From a virus, in IMG/VR virus record IMGVR_UViG_3300049783_001607: a stretch of 64,000 nucleotides of DNA; one strand, 5' to 3'. The translations under genes were made by a program, and so were the position numbers. The notes under the pieces were generated by a model. The model was not told where the DNA came from. It worked only from the letters and a program-made list of their open reading frames with translations, and ran no database searches. This document shows positions 11,200 through 21,805 of the stretch, piece by piece. Positions within the stretch are counted from its first letter, which is position 1. Each line of letters opens with the position of its first letter.

Positions 11200-13169
11200 A
11201 ATTTATGCATTTATTAATTTCTTGTTTTTTTATTAATTAATTCTTGGTCTAGGGCATTGTAAAATTCTTCATCTAGGTATTTTTTATTTATTCTTTTAAC
11301 ACAGCTTAAAGGTATGTCATAAGCCTCTGCCGTTTCTTTTAGTATTCCAATTGATCTAGTCATAATTAAAAGTGCCTAACAATAGCTAAAATTAATAACG
11401 TTAATAGGTCTTTGTTTTTTATTTTGGTTAGCAATTAAAGGCTACTAATTTTAGCCTTGGGCGTTTTAAGTAATTAAACGTTATAAACAAATAAAATTAT
11501 TTCCACATTCTTTCAAACCAAGTTGTGTACTTAACATTAAAATCAGTATCTAACAAAATTGCAGGTTCAGTGTAATTTGTTTTCTTCCAACCCTCTTTTA
11601 AAAGGGTTTTTTCAACTTTTCTGTATTCTTTTTGGTTTTCTAAAGTCCAGTTTATTTTAAATGATGTTTTTACCATGATTTTTTAGTTATTAAATCGTTT
11701 TACGCATATACAAATAATTAAAAACATTAAACGCTATTGTTTATGTCTACTTTCACCGCTTATATGAATTTCTCTATCTTTAGGCGGTGTCGGTGGTAAA
11801 GGTTTGTTTTTGCTAACAAACGCATCCCAATAACTGACGTGCTTAGTAATAACATTGCCACCGCCGCAGCAGTAGACATTTCTCTCTTGGCATCCATTAG
11901 GCTCAAGCTCTTTATCACAAAGTTCTTTGACAATAAATACCTTATCATCTTTAAACCAATCTTTTTGACACACGTTATGCGTCCCACCAGAAAAGTCACC
12001 TTCTAATTCAATTTCATTTTGACGTATTCCTACCACTTTAAATGGTTCTTTTCCTTGATAAACATCTTCAATATAAACAGGGTACATATTAAGTATTTTA
12101 TACCCTTTAATCGGTAATTTTTTGTATTTCATTTAGCGTTATTTAATAGCGTTAATTTTATCTGTGATTTGTTAACATTAATTAATGCTTTATTGTAGCC
12201 TTCTATCCAACATTCTCTATATTGTTCGTTTTCATCCCATAGTTCAGGGTTATCACCTACTGTCACCAACTTTTCAGGGTAGGCTTCTAATGCTAATTTC
12301 TGTATATCTATCATAATTTATTAATTTAAGTCGCACTACTAATACTACCACAAAAACAAACTAACTGTTTTTTTGTCGTACAACATTATGTAAATTTAAT
12401 TGCTCGACTACGTAGTTATCTAGTAACTTTTCCATGTCATTTACAATCATGATGCATTCGATACGTTTATCTGTTTTATCAAGTTCCTGTGCTAATTTAA
12501 GAAGTTTAAGTATTATTTCTTTATGTGCCATTCAATTAAAGTATTTTAATATTTGTTAGCATAGTAATTTTATCACAGCACTATGAATATCCATCACATT
12601 AGAGTGCATTAAAACGCACAATAACATTATGTATAGGTAATATTACCCTTTCTTTAGTGCTTCTAATTGTCTGTGTAAATCAAGTATTACTTTTTCTTCA
12701 TTAGTTAAAGGGTCTTGACTTGCTGTATCTGGTTCAAGTCTTGCCACATACACAGACCCGTCCGTTAGTTCAATAAATATTGCGTTCATAATTATATTTT
12801 TAGTTGTTTAATTAAATTTACAACTTTACGCAAGAATATAATTTTTTCACTTCTATAAGGTGTTATTGTTTTACCAAGCTTTGTATTTGTTGCTTGTTTT
12901 AATTCGCTTTTTGCCCAATTTAGCAAATCAAGTGTATTTTTTGTAGATGCCAAAAGCGCTTTATTTTTTAAAATTAATTCTTGATTTGCGTATTCTTGCA
13001 TTTGTATTGTTATCCAATCATCATTTATTGTTTCATGTGAATCCCATTTATCTCCTCTCATTTGAGGATATTTATCTTGTAAAAATTTTTTTGCTGACAT
13101 TATTTGATGTTTTATTTATAAAAGATTAAAAAAGCACTTAATATATAATCAAGCGCTTTTTTATATCTA

Positions 13170-13535
13170 TTATTTTTTTACTTCTGATCCTACTTTTCTT
13201 GAGCCTTTTTCTAAAAACCATTTACTTAGATAAGGTACATTTATTTTACCTAGCATTAATTTCATCATAAATACAGATCCTTCAGTAGTGAATAATATGT
13301 ATATAATAGAAGCAATTGCCACATGGCCATAATTATTTCCTTCCATGATAGGTTTCCAAATAATTTTTACAAGGAATATTTGATTAAGTAACCATATACC
13401 ATTAGATCCCCAAGCAGCTTTTCTATGGTAATCTGGATCTCCGCTATTTCTTGATCTACTTGTAAATGTAAATGCCATGTTTTGAATAAAAGAGACTATT
13501 GCTAATGCTATGTATATTAAAATTTGTGATTTCAT
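13170..13535 (-). CDS. membrane protein
   Basis: Three hydrophobic segments; followed by a terminator-like hairpin at ~13128-13162. Confidence 0.6.
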   Translation of the reverse strand: MKSQILIYIALAIVSFIQNMAFTFTSRSRNSGDPDYHRKAAWGSNGIWLLNQIFLVKIIWKPIMEGNNYGHVAIASIIYILFTTEGSVFMMKLMLGKINVPYLSKWFLEKGSRKVGSEVKK

Positions 13536-13961
13536 TTATTTATGTTTAAATTTATTAAAATTATTAAGTAATCCATTTATATTATCGGCTCCTACAGGAT
13601 TATGGGAGTGAACATAGAAATTAGGTAAATTTAGATTGTTATCTAAACATAACTCTATTAACCATTTAGCGCAATCTAATCCGGTTTTTTCTGTGTAATT
13701 TCTACTGTCTTGATAGGCTTTGCTGGCTGCGTAATCATCCCAATATTTTTCTGGGGTATAATGCTCGTCTGCTAAATCATGATCAAAAGATATAAAATCT
13801 GGCCTTATACTTGGTTGTTTAACCATACAAGCTACAAATTCCTGGTAATTTTTTACCCATATTATATCAAATAATTTATGATCTCCTATCTTTTCGTCAA
13901 TTAATTTAACCCAAATTTCTTCTGATGGGTCTCTTATGTCATCTATCCAAATTAATTTCAT
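13536..13961 (-). CDS. cyclic-phosphate-processing receiver-like domain protein
   Basis: IWIDDIRDP, ISFDHDL, EKTGLDCAKWL, HSHNPVG. Confidence 0.8.
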   Translation of the reverse strand: MKLIWIDDIRDPSEEIWVKLIDEKIGDHKLFDIIWVKNYQEFVACMVKQPSIRPDFISFDHDLADEHYTPEKYWDDYAASKAYQDSRNYTEKTGLDCAKWLIELCLDNNLNLPNFYVHSHNPVGADNINGLLNNFNKFKHK

Positions 13962-14234
13962 ATTATTGTTTTTTACTTAAATTATAAAAAGTCCAAAAAC
14001 TACTTTCAGCAAATGCTATAAAGGATTTTCCTAGTATATAATTTTCTATAGCTTCCTTTTTTGTGAAGTGATCTTTTTTAAGGCTATAGCTAATAGTTTC
14101 TTTATAGCCATTAATAATAATTTCCCCGTTATCATTTATTTCTATTTTAAAATTAGTGATTGCAAAATCATACACAGATTTAAAAATAGTACCTGTAACC
14201 GGATCACTAATATCTTCCATATAACACGCTAATA

Positions 14235-15422
14235 TCATACTGTGTTACCTTTAGTAAAATGACATTGGCTAGGAACAGCGTCGTTTCTACTGCTTACAGG
14301 TAATTTACCAGTAAACTTAATTCTTTTGCCAAGTAGTAATTCTTGGTTTTCAAATAATTCCTTTCTTTCCGCATGATTATAACCATTAAAAGACACTGTT
14401 AAAACATTTCCGTTATCCATAGTAACTTGCAAACCTTTAGCCATCCCACTTTCTTCTCTATCGGTTTTTAATTTAGAAGTTTTGCTTCTACCAAATGCAT
14501 TGACAGTTTTTTCTACTCCTTTTTTAACCACTGTAGATTCTTCAATAGCAGTGACAACTCCTTCCCATTCCTTATTAGAATTAACTACTTTATAACCTTG
14601 TCCAGATGCTATACTATATCTTCCAGATTTATATTTAGCGTCTTTACGTATTACAACTAAACCTTCTTCTTCATCTAACATAGCTTGATCAAAAGCTTGA
14701 TACATATTATCTACATGCTCAAATTCATGTTGTACTAAAAGTTCGGCATTAGGCAATCCGTTTTTAAACATTTTAACAAGTCCTTTGTATCTATCAAATT
14801 TTCCTCGTTTATCTAAATCACTGAGATAATGATCAAATACATACAATTTAAGAGAATCGTGCCAACTAGTCAACCATTCAACAGAACGTCCGGGATATCC
14901 CCATTTAACAGCTATTTTTCCTTCTAATCCAATATGGGTACCCAAAGGATATTCTTTACCTTTAAATATTTCTACAGTTCCCTGTTTAGTTTTTTCCCAT
15001 AATCTAGTGTAAGCTTTTATTTTTTTATTCGAAGTAACATCTTCCGACCTAAAAAAATGCATTATTTCAGAACGATTCATTTCTTCAGAGTATAATTCTG
15101 CTTCTATAATACCTAAATGATTTGATTTAGAATTAAACTCTCGAACCATTTCTTGTATATTTACACTAGGTATTAGTTTTAATTCTCTACTATAAGCAGG
15201 AAAATCAAACATAGCTGGTTCTTTTGCATCATAATCTAAAAGATCACCGTTTGCAATTATTTCTACTCTTCCACCGTCTCTTTTGATAGAATAAATCCAT
15301 TCACTAGGATTTTCTATTCTTTCTTCATAATCAGGAGTTATTCCTGAAGGTTCGTTAGGTAATAAACAAGGCTTCCACTGAGAAAGATAATCTATTCCTA
15401 AATTATTTTTTGGTTTTATCAT
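14235..15422 (-). CDS. ATP-dependent DNA ligase
   Basis: Motif I SIKRDGGR (KxDG), IEAEL, YVFD, EEGLVV, then an OB-fold C-terminus. Confidence 0.8.
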   Translation of the reverse strand: MIKPKNNLGIDYLSQWKPCLLPNEPSGITPDYEERIENPSEWIYSIKRDGGRVEIIANGDLLDYDAKEPAMFDFPAYSRELKLIPSVNIQEMVREFNSKSNHLGIIEAELYSEEMNRSEIMHFFRSEDVTSNKKIKAYTRLWEKTKQGTVEIFKGKEYPLGTHIGLEGKIAVKWGYPGRSVEWLTSWHDSLKLYVFDHYLSDLDKRGKFDRYKGLVKMFKNGLPNAELLVQHEFEHVDNMYQAFDQAMLDEEEGLVVIRKDAKYKSGRYSIASGQGYKVVNSNKEWEGVVTAIEESTVVKKGVEKTVNAFGRSKTSKLKTDREESGMAKGLQVTMDNGNVLTVSFNGYNHAERKELFENQELLLGKRIKFTGKLPVSSRNDAVPSQCHFTKGNTV

Positions 15423-15427
15423 ATTAT

Positions 15428-16465
15428 TTAAAGATTTTTAGGTGCTAACATTTCAACTTTAATTGCTTTAAAAGAAGAGTAATTAATTAATTTAAAATGT
15501 GCGGACGTTAATTTGTTAAAACAATAATCTATAGGAAATTCAGGGTACAAATCTTTTATTGGAGCCAGCTCACAATTACCGTGAAGCATTGTATCTCTTG
15601 ATATTAATTCTTTTACTGCTTCGTATTGATTATCATAAAAATGAACGCATTTAAGAGTTCCTTCAATTCCTAAAGCTGGAAAACCAGTTAAACCCTCAAG
15701 AATTTTTGCTAAAAATCCATAAGATGCTATATTAAAAGGAAGGCCTAAAAAAGTATCTACACTACGTTGATTCCAATGTAATTCAAAACCAAACTCAGGT
15801 ATATTTTCTTCATTTAAATAGGCCGTAGCTTCTTCGTAAGATTTCGTTAGAAAAACAGAAATTGAAATCCTGTTTTCCACGCTACATTTTTTACTATATA
15901 AAGCTAATCTTTCTTCTAAATTTAAAGGTATTCCAACTACTTGAAACTCAGAATGGCAAGGAGGTAACGCTGTTAATTTAGTTTCAGACGGATTCCAAGC
16001 ATTTACTTTTAATCCGGTTCCCATTATATTAGATTTCATGTTTTTTATAATGTCATCTATTTGATCTGTTACCCCATTAAATTTTCTCCATTGAACAGAA
16101 TAGTTTTGACCTACAGAACCTTTTCCTATATGTGAAAATTCTTCTAAAGTAAGGAATTTAGTTTGAAGTCTAGCAGCGTTTTTAAGATACCAATTATAGG
16201 CGTCTTTGTTCCATATTAAAACATTGTTTTTATTTAAAAATTCAATGTCATTATCTCCTCTAAGAAACCATATTAATTCTGTTGTAATACCTTTTTGGTA
16301 TAATTTTTTACTTGTAATTGCTGGAAAACCGTCTGAAAAAGAATGTTTAAATGTATAACTAGGGATTTGTAATCTTTTTACATCTCTTCTTTTATCTTCA
16401 TATTCTCTCCCTTCTTCCATTATTTTAACACATAATTTTCGAAACTCTTTGTCTATTATTGCCAT
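15428..16465 (-). CDS. thyA: thymidylate synthase
   Basis: ELIWFLRG, QWRKF, AWNP, ALPPCH, NQRSVDTFLGLPFNIASY, HFYDNQ. Confidence 0.97.
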   Translation of the reverse strand: MAIIDKEFRKLCVKIMEEGREYEDKRRDVKRLQIPSYTFKHSFSDGFPAITSKKLYQKGITTELIWFLRGDNDIEFLNKNNVLIWNKDAYNWYLKNAARLQTKFLTLEEFSHIGKGSVGQNYSVQWRKFNGVTDQIDDIIKNMKSNIMGTGLKVNAWNPSETKLTALPPCHSEFQVVGIPLNLEERLALYSKKCSVENRISISVFLTKSYEEATAYLNEENIPEFGFELHWNQRSVDTFLGLPFNIASYGFLAKILEGLTGFPALGIEGTLKCVHFYDNQYEAVKELISRDTMLHGNCELAPIKDLYPEFPIDYCFNKLTSAHFKLINYSSFKAIKVEMLAPKNL

Positions 16466-16897
16466 CGGCTTTGTTTAAATTAATTTTTATTTTGTTTGTT
16501 TACTTTCTATATATACGAAATATATCTTTTTCAGCAGGCTTTATTAAAGGAGTGTTATAATTTATATTATCGGCAATATTGTTAAATACACCAGGCATTT
16601 TTTTATAAGCTAATAAGATATTGTTTATCTCTCCAAATTCTGCTAAAGGTACTTTAGATAAAGTTTCTGTTGTGTCTGATACAGCGGAATAAAGCAAAGA
16701 TAAAGGTGAAATATCTAATAAAGGATCAAAATCTTTGTTTTCTAATTCAACTAAAAAATCTAGCATTTTATTTAGAAAGTTTTTTAATTTTCCTTTATAT
16801 TCTTTGGTAAATTTAATATCTTGATTACAATTTAAAGCTAATTGATTAGTTATAATTGATTTAATAATTTTTATCTCGTCTTTTTCTTTTTGCATAA

Positions 16898-17347
16898 TTA
16901 GTTTGTTTTTTTATTTTTATATGAAAATAGCTCTACTAACCAGTCATTTAAATCATTACTAGTAACATTTATACTATCTAAATTATCTCTTATATCATAA
17001 GAAGGATACCATATTACATACCCTTTATTATTTACTCTTATATCTATACCAAATTTAGAAGCTTTATTACCTAAAACTTTTTTATCTTTATATCTAAACC
17101 AGAAATGTCTCCCATTATTTTTAGTAGGGTAATTTAATGTTTTATAAAGTTCTTCTTTATGTTCTTTAGGAATATTATTAAATCCGTCTACATTTCCGTG
17201 TCTATCTACATCAATAACTATGTATCCGTCTCCAGGAACTATAGCTAAAGAATACCCTTTAGGTAAAGGACCTTCAAAATATATTTCTTGAGGTAAACGA
17301 CTCCATTTTATAATAGGATATTTACCTTTGCATAAAAAACTCTTCAT
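16898..17347 (-). CDS. bifunctional DNA primase/polymerase (Prim-Pol) domain protein
   Basis: IVIDVD, TKNNGRHFWF, GIDIR..GYV. Confidence 0.8.
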   Translation of the reverse strand: MKSFLCKGKYPIIKWSRLPQEIYFEGPLPKGYSLAIVPGDGYIVIDVDRHGNVDGFNNIPKEHKEELYKTLNYPTKNNGRHFWFRYKDKKVLGNKASKFGIDIRVNNKGYVIWYPSYDIRDNLDSINVTSNDLNDWLVELFSYKNKKTN

Positions 17348-17854
17348 TTAAAAAGAATACTGCTCTTTAGCCTGAGCTGTTTTCCAAAAATTCGCGTAAT
17401 TATTGTGTTTTGCATACGTGAATACTTTTTCAAATTCATTTTCTACTTCGTTATCTATGTTACATTTAATTCGTGGAATTTCTTTCATTATTTTTAATAT
17501 TTCATCAGGTTCTGTATATCCTAAAAATAAGCTGTAACCGGATAACACTGTAGATTCAGAATTTCTATATCCAATTGAAAAATCAAGATCGTTTTTATTT
17601 ATAAAAGTAATCAATAAAGATTTTATATTGTTTTTTTTGTCTTCCATTTTTATATATTTGAGTAAGGATTTGCTTGTTTCCATTCACTTAAGAATGATTC
17701 TAATTCAGTTTTACTTAGATTTAATTCGTCAAAAGAATCTTTATTTCCTATTCTTTCCCAAGTATCAGCACTATTAATTAATGACGTCACGTTTTCAGCT
17801 GGTTTTCTTAATGATTTAAGAAGGTCATCAATAGTTTTGTTTGTTTCTGCCATT

Positions 17855-18604
17855 TTATAATTCTTTTATTTTTAATTTTAATAATTCTAATTGGTCGTCA
17901 TTTATTTCATGAGTTTTAAGCCATAAAACACATATTTCTTTAACTACAGAAGTATTTTCTTTAGTTATTTTTAATCTGTCATTAAATTTATCAGAAGAAA
18001 ATATACTTTCAAAAACCGATAATTTATCTAAAATATCCATGTATTTAAGAACTATCAAGTCTGTATTATATCCTCTTTTATGATATTTAAAACAACGTTC
18101 TAATTGTCTAAGTACTCTACTCATTTTCCACACTTCTTCTGAATAGTAAGTAGTATTCCATTTATTCCAAGTAGCTGTTTTGTCGGGAAGGTTTTCAGAT
18201 AAATCTAAAGTTTGTTTTGTTTCTATGTCATAACCTTTGCATATTATATCTATGTCAAAGCTAGACAATACTGAAAAAACGTCTTGACATTTCTTTTTTA
18301 ATATTATATTTATAGGTATACAAGTATTCCAATCAAACTTAATAGTTATTAACCCGAATTTATAAAATGTAGACTCATCTACGTCTATGTACTTATTAAA
18401 TTTCCAATTTTCTAAAGGGTCCATAATAGTAAACATTTTATTATGGTACATAGCAAATAATATTTTATTAAAAGATTTTTCATCGTAAACAAAAACATCT
18501 ATGTCTTGTCCTTCATAATAATTTAGCAGACAACTACCTGTTATACATCCTTTTATAGGTTGTTCTTTTATCCACTTTATTGCGTTCTTGATTTGTTCTT
18601 CCAT
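17855..18604 (-). CDS. nucleotidyltransferase-fold protein
   Basis: ITGSCLL...DIDVFV (GS...DxD) and FDIDIIC, the pol-beta superfamily pattern. Confidence 0.65.
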   Translation of the reverse strand: MEEQIKNAIKWIKEQPIKGCITGSCLLNYYEGQDIDVFVYDEKSFNKILFAMYHNKMFTIMDPLENWKFNKYIDVDESTFYKFGLITIKFDWNTCIPINIILKKKCQDVFSVLSSFDIDIICKGYDIETKQTLDLSENLPDKTATWNKWNTTYYSEEVWKMSRVLRQLERCFKYHKRGYNTDLIVLKYMDILDKLSVFESIFSSDKFNDRLKITKENTSVVKEICVLWLKTHEINDDQLELLKLKIKEL

Positions 18605-18619
18605 AATTTTAAAATATAA

Positions 18620-18651
18620 AAAACCTTCTCCTTGATTAAAGAGAAGGTTTT
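18620..18651 (-). terminator. intrinsic terminator-like hairpin
   Basis: aaccttctc-N10-gagaaggtt flanked by A/T runs. Confidence 0.6.
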
Positions 18652-18677
18652 AAAAATGTTATTGATAAATATACTTT

Positions 18678-19163
18678 TTATAATAAATTAATAGTTTCTT
18701 CTACAGCTGATACTACTTCTTCTAAAGTATAAATTTTATTTAATTTTACAATTCCGTCCTTGAAAAACAATCCATGATTCTCAAAATCTTTTAGCACAAC
18801 AAACTCCTGCATGAAACTGTTTATTTTTTCTGCTTTGTCTTCTTCTTTATGAAAAGCAACAAAAGATAAAGCTTCTTTAGCTAAACCGTCGTTGATTTTT
18901 TGAATTGGAGCTTTAGGGGTTGGTACAAAAGAAGCTTTTTTAGCTTGTAAACTTTTATGTACTTCTAATCTTAGTTCATTTAAAGAATCACCTTTTCTAT
19001 CATTAAAATTTTTACCTTTAGCTGCTTTAGCAAAAGTTAATATGTACTCAGCTTTACTTTGCGCTGCTATAAACTCTTCATTCATTATTGGTGCACCTTT
19101 GTTATCTGATAAATACCCACCGTTAATTAATTGAATTTCTGTCGCTTTTAAAAATTTACTCAT
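18678..19163 (-). CDS. hypothetical protein
   Basis: 161-aa ORF ending before a terminator. Confidence 0.6.
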   Translation of the reverse strand: MSKFLKATEIQLINGGYLSDNKGAPIMNEEFIAAQSKAEYILTFAKAAKGKNFNDRKGDSLNELRLEVHKSLQAKKASFVPTPKAPIQKINDGLAKEALSFVAFHKEEDKAEKINSFMQEFVVLKDFENHGLFFKDGIVKLNKIYTLEEVVSAVEETINLL

Positions 19164-19204
19164 CTTTTTTACTTATTTAATTATTATTATTATTATTATT
19201 ATTA

Positions 19205-20227
19205 TTATTTGTCTAAATATTTTACCCAATCAGCTATTTTAACTATTTCTTTAGGTTCAAACCATTCGGAATATCCAGCTATTCTATATGAATTATCTGT
19301 GTGAAAAGAAATTAATTTATTTATTTCCCATTTACATAATTCTTTACCTTTTTCTGTAGAAATACTACTAGTGTTTTTGTTATATTCATTTCCCCAAGCA
19401 TAACTAGGACTATGATTATCGCCAAAAACGATAGCAGTTTCATATTTCATCTCAGTTTCCATAACCAATTTTTTAAACACTGCTTGATCATTTCCCATAC
19501 CATTTTCATCATAAATAGTATTAATATCTAAAGTATATAAATTTTCATATAAATATAAAGTAGATTTAGAGCCTGTTATCATTATATCTGCGTAAAAAGA
19601 TTCAGCTAAATTTTTAGCTAAAGTCAAAGCTACTGCTGATACACCTCTAGGAATAGAACCTGATATATCTATAATAATTAAATTTTTACGGGGTGAAGTA
19701 AGGGTCATTGATCCAAACATCCCACCTAATTTTTTATTATACATATTAGAATCATAAGTAGCAAAATTATTGAGATTAGTACTAATAGCTTTTTCAAGTA
19801 CATCTAACCAGACAGGAAACACATTTAACGCTTTTAATTTTTCTACGTTTACATATACAGTTGAATCCCTTATAAAATCTTTTAATTTATCTGCTTTGTC
19901 GCAAATATCAGTAAGTTCTATATCTTCTACATTTTCTGGAATTCCTTCAGTAGTAAACTCCATGAACACACTTTTATTATGACCCCATTTAATTAAATCA
20001 AGATAACCATTATCTAATAAAATTTGTTTGAAATTAAAAGGTAAATTTGATTTTACAGCTTCTTGATATAGAACTTCGTATTCTAATATTCTTATAACAT
20101 TTTTTTCGTTATATTTTGAAGCTAATATAAAAGGTATGCCTTTAGGTAACTTTTTTATATCGTTTTTATCTGAAATAAAGAACACGTCAGGTATTCTCAT
20201 TTTAGTACTTTTAAGTAATTTTAACAT
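19205..20227 (-). CDS. vWA-domain protein
   Basis: MIDAS motif IIIDISGSI; directly downstream of an AAA+ ATPase. Confidence 0.7.
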   Translation of the reverse strand: MLKLLKSTKMRIPDVFFISDKNDIKKLPKGIPFILASKYNEKNVIRILEYEVLYQEAVKSNLPFNFKQILLDNGYLDLIKWGHNKSVFMEFTTEGIPENVEDIELTDICDKADKLKDFIRDSTVYVNVEKLKALNVFPVWLDVLEKAISTNLNNFATYDSNMYNKKLGGMFGSMTLTSPRKNLIIIDISGSIPRGVSAVALTLAKNLAESFYADIMITGSKSTLYLYENLYTLDINTIYDENGMGNDQAVFKKLVMETEMKYETAIVFGDNHSPSYAWGNEYNKNTSSISTEKGKELCKWEINKLISFHTDNSYRIAGYSEWFEPKEIVKIADWVKYLDK

Positions 20228-21008
20228 TGTTGATATTTTTTAAATTTAATTTAACTAGTTCTAACCAAGGTATCATTTCGTCAGGCAATAATTCCCTAGA
20301 TTCAGATAATTTTATAGCGTCTTTAAAAGGATTTTTTACAAGTTCTTTTAATATATGTCCAATAGTATCTTCATATGGAGTTGGAGCAGAGTGTATTATC
20401 ATATCCACAGCCTTATCTAAGCTTCTAGGAGTCATAAAATTACGTTCTGCGAACTTTTCGTTTTTAATAAGAACACTTAATGAACGTACTATTGTATAAG
20501 ATAACCCATATTTTTCCATCATAAAATTACTCCACATTTCTTCATCAAATCTAACATCATACCATACAAATCTTTCTTTAATTTGAGGTGTAAGAGGTAC
20601 CATTCCTTGAGGATTAGCAGCTGCTACAATCATAATGTCAGGCAATTTTTTACCTGATACCATTATTCGTTGTTCTAGTAATGTAAGACAAGCATTCAAT
20701 ACTACAACATTACCGTTTAAAACTTCATCAAAAAATAATATATCCCCGTCTTTTAAATCATTCATTCTATCGTAGTTGTAATAAATCATTTTTTTAGTTT
20801 CTTTATCAGGCATAGCTATACCTGATATTTCATAAGGAGGTACTTGAGATGTTATTACTTCTATTAATGAAGCTTTAACACTATCTGCAAAAGCTTGTAT
20901 TAGATGTGTTTTCCCTAATCCTGGATTTCCAATAAATAAAGGTACAACACTTTTTCTTAGAGAGGGTACATTATATATTCTTTCTAATGTATCTGTAATA
21001 GTTTTCAT
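20211..21008 (-). CDS. MoxR-like AAA+ ATPase
   Basis: Walker A GNPGLGKT, Walker B ILFFDEV, sensor AAANP, arginine finger KERF, TPRSL. Confidence 0.85.
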   Translation of the reverse strand: MKTITDTLERIYNVPSLRKSVVPLFIGNPGLGKTHLIQAFADSVKASLIEVITSQVPPYEISGIAMPDKETKKMIYYNYDRMNDLKDGDILFFDEVLNGNVVVLNACLTLLEQRIMVSGKKLPDIMIVAAANPQGMVPLTPQIKERFVWYDVRFDEEMWSNFMMEKYGLSYTIVRSLSVLIKNEKFAERNFMTPRSLDKAVDMIIHSAPTPYEDTIGHILKELVKNPFKDAIKLSESRELLPDEMIPWLELVKLNLKNINNVKIT

Positions 21009-21805
21009 TTTAATTTTTGTTTATTTATGTTTATTTATTAGATCTTCCATTTCTTGATTAAATATAGAAGCCATTACTCTCATACTGCTAACTCTTGTTG
21101 GGTCAGAAGAAAATGTGCTGTATTTATCTTTAAGCACTAGTATACCCTTCAGCAATTTACTTTTTTCTTTTGAAGAATCTGAATTAGCATTAAGATGGCT
21201 GTTTATAGCCAGAGCTAATCGCTGTTTGTTTTTTATTTCTAAATTGGTCATATTAATAGCATCTTCTAATCCCCTTAATAATTCTTTTAAAACACCTCTT
21301 TCATGAGTTGCCTCGTTATAATCTTCAACATTTTTAGTAGGGTTTAATAATATGTCTTTTAAAATGGCTATTTCATTTTGCGCTTTAATTTTCTTAAATA
21401 CTAATCCAGATTTTCGTGCTTTTAAGTTATTTATAGATGAATCAAGATCTATTTTATTTTCTTCAGTAGGATTAAAAGTAGTTTCTTTCATATTATTATT
21501 TTTAGATTTATTAATGTTTAAAATCTTTTGTTTTTTAGATTTTTTCTTGTCTTTGATTTTTATTTCTTCCCAATTATTGTTAAAACTGTCTAATACATTA
21601 CTATCTACAGTTATTTTAGTTTTCATACACTAGCAGAAAAAAGTTTGTACGCTATCAAGGTAAAAATTATTACTAATACAGCTATTTTTCTATGTAAAGA
21701 AATCGAGTCTTTTTTTTTCATATTTCATGTTTTGAATAAATAAAATAGCTTTTACCAATTAAGATAAAAGCTATTAATAAATATTTTAAGTTAGTTATTT
21801 TAATT

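Larger units (their letters stand above)
4009..13100 (-). other. cluster of about 25 short co-oriented accessory hypothetical ORFs (60-200 aa)
   Basis: Closely packed minus-strand ORFs with A-rich leaders, typical of a phage accessory region. Confidence 0.7.

Noticed and set aside
19181-19207. (TTA)9 microsatellite
   Set aside because: A simple intergenic slippage tract in an AT-rich genome with no evidence of function.
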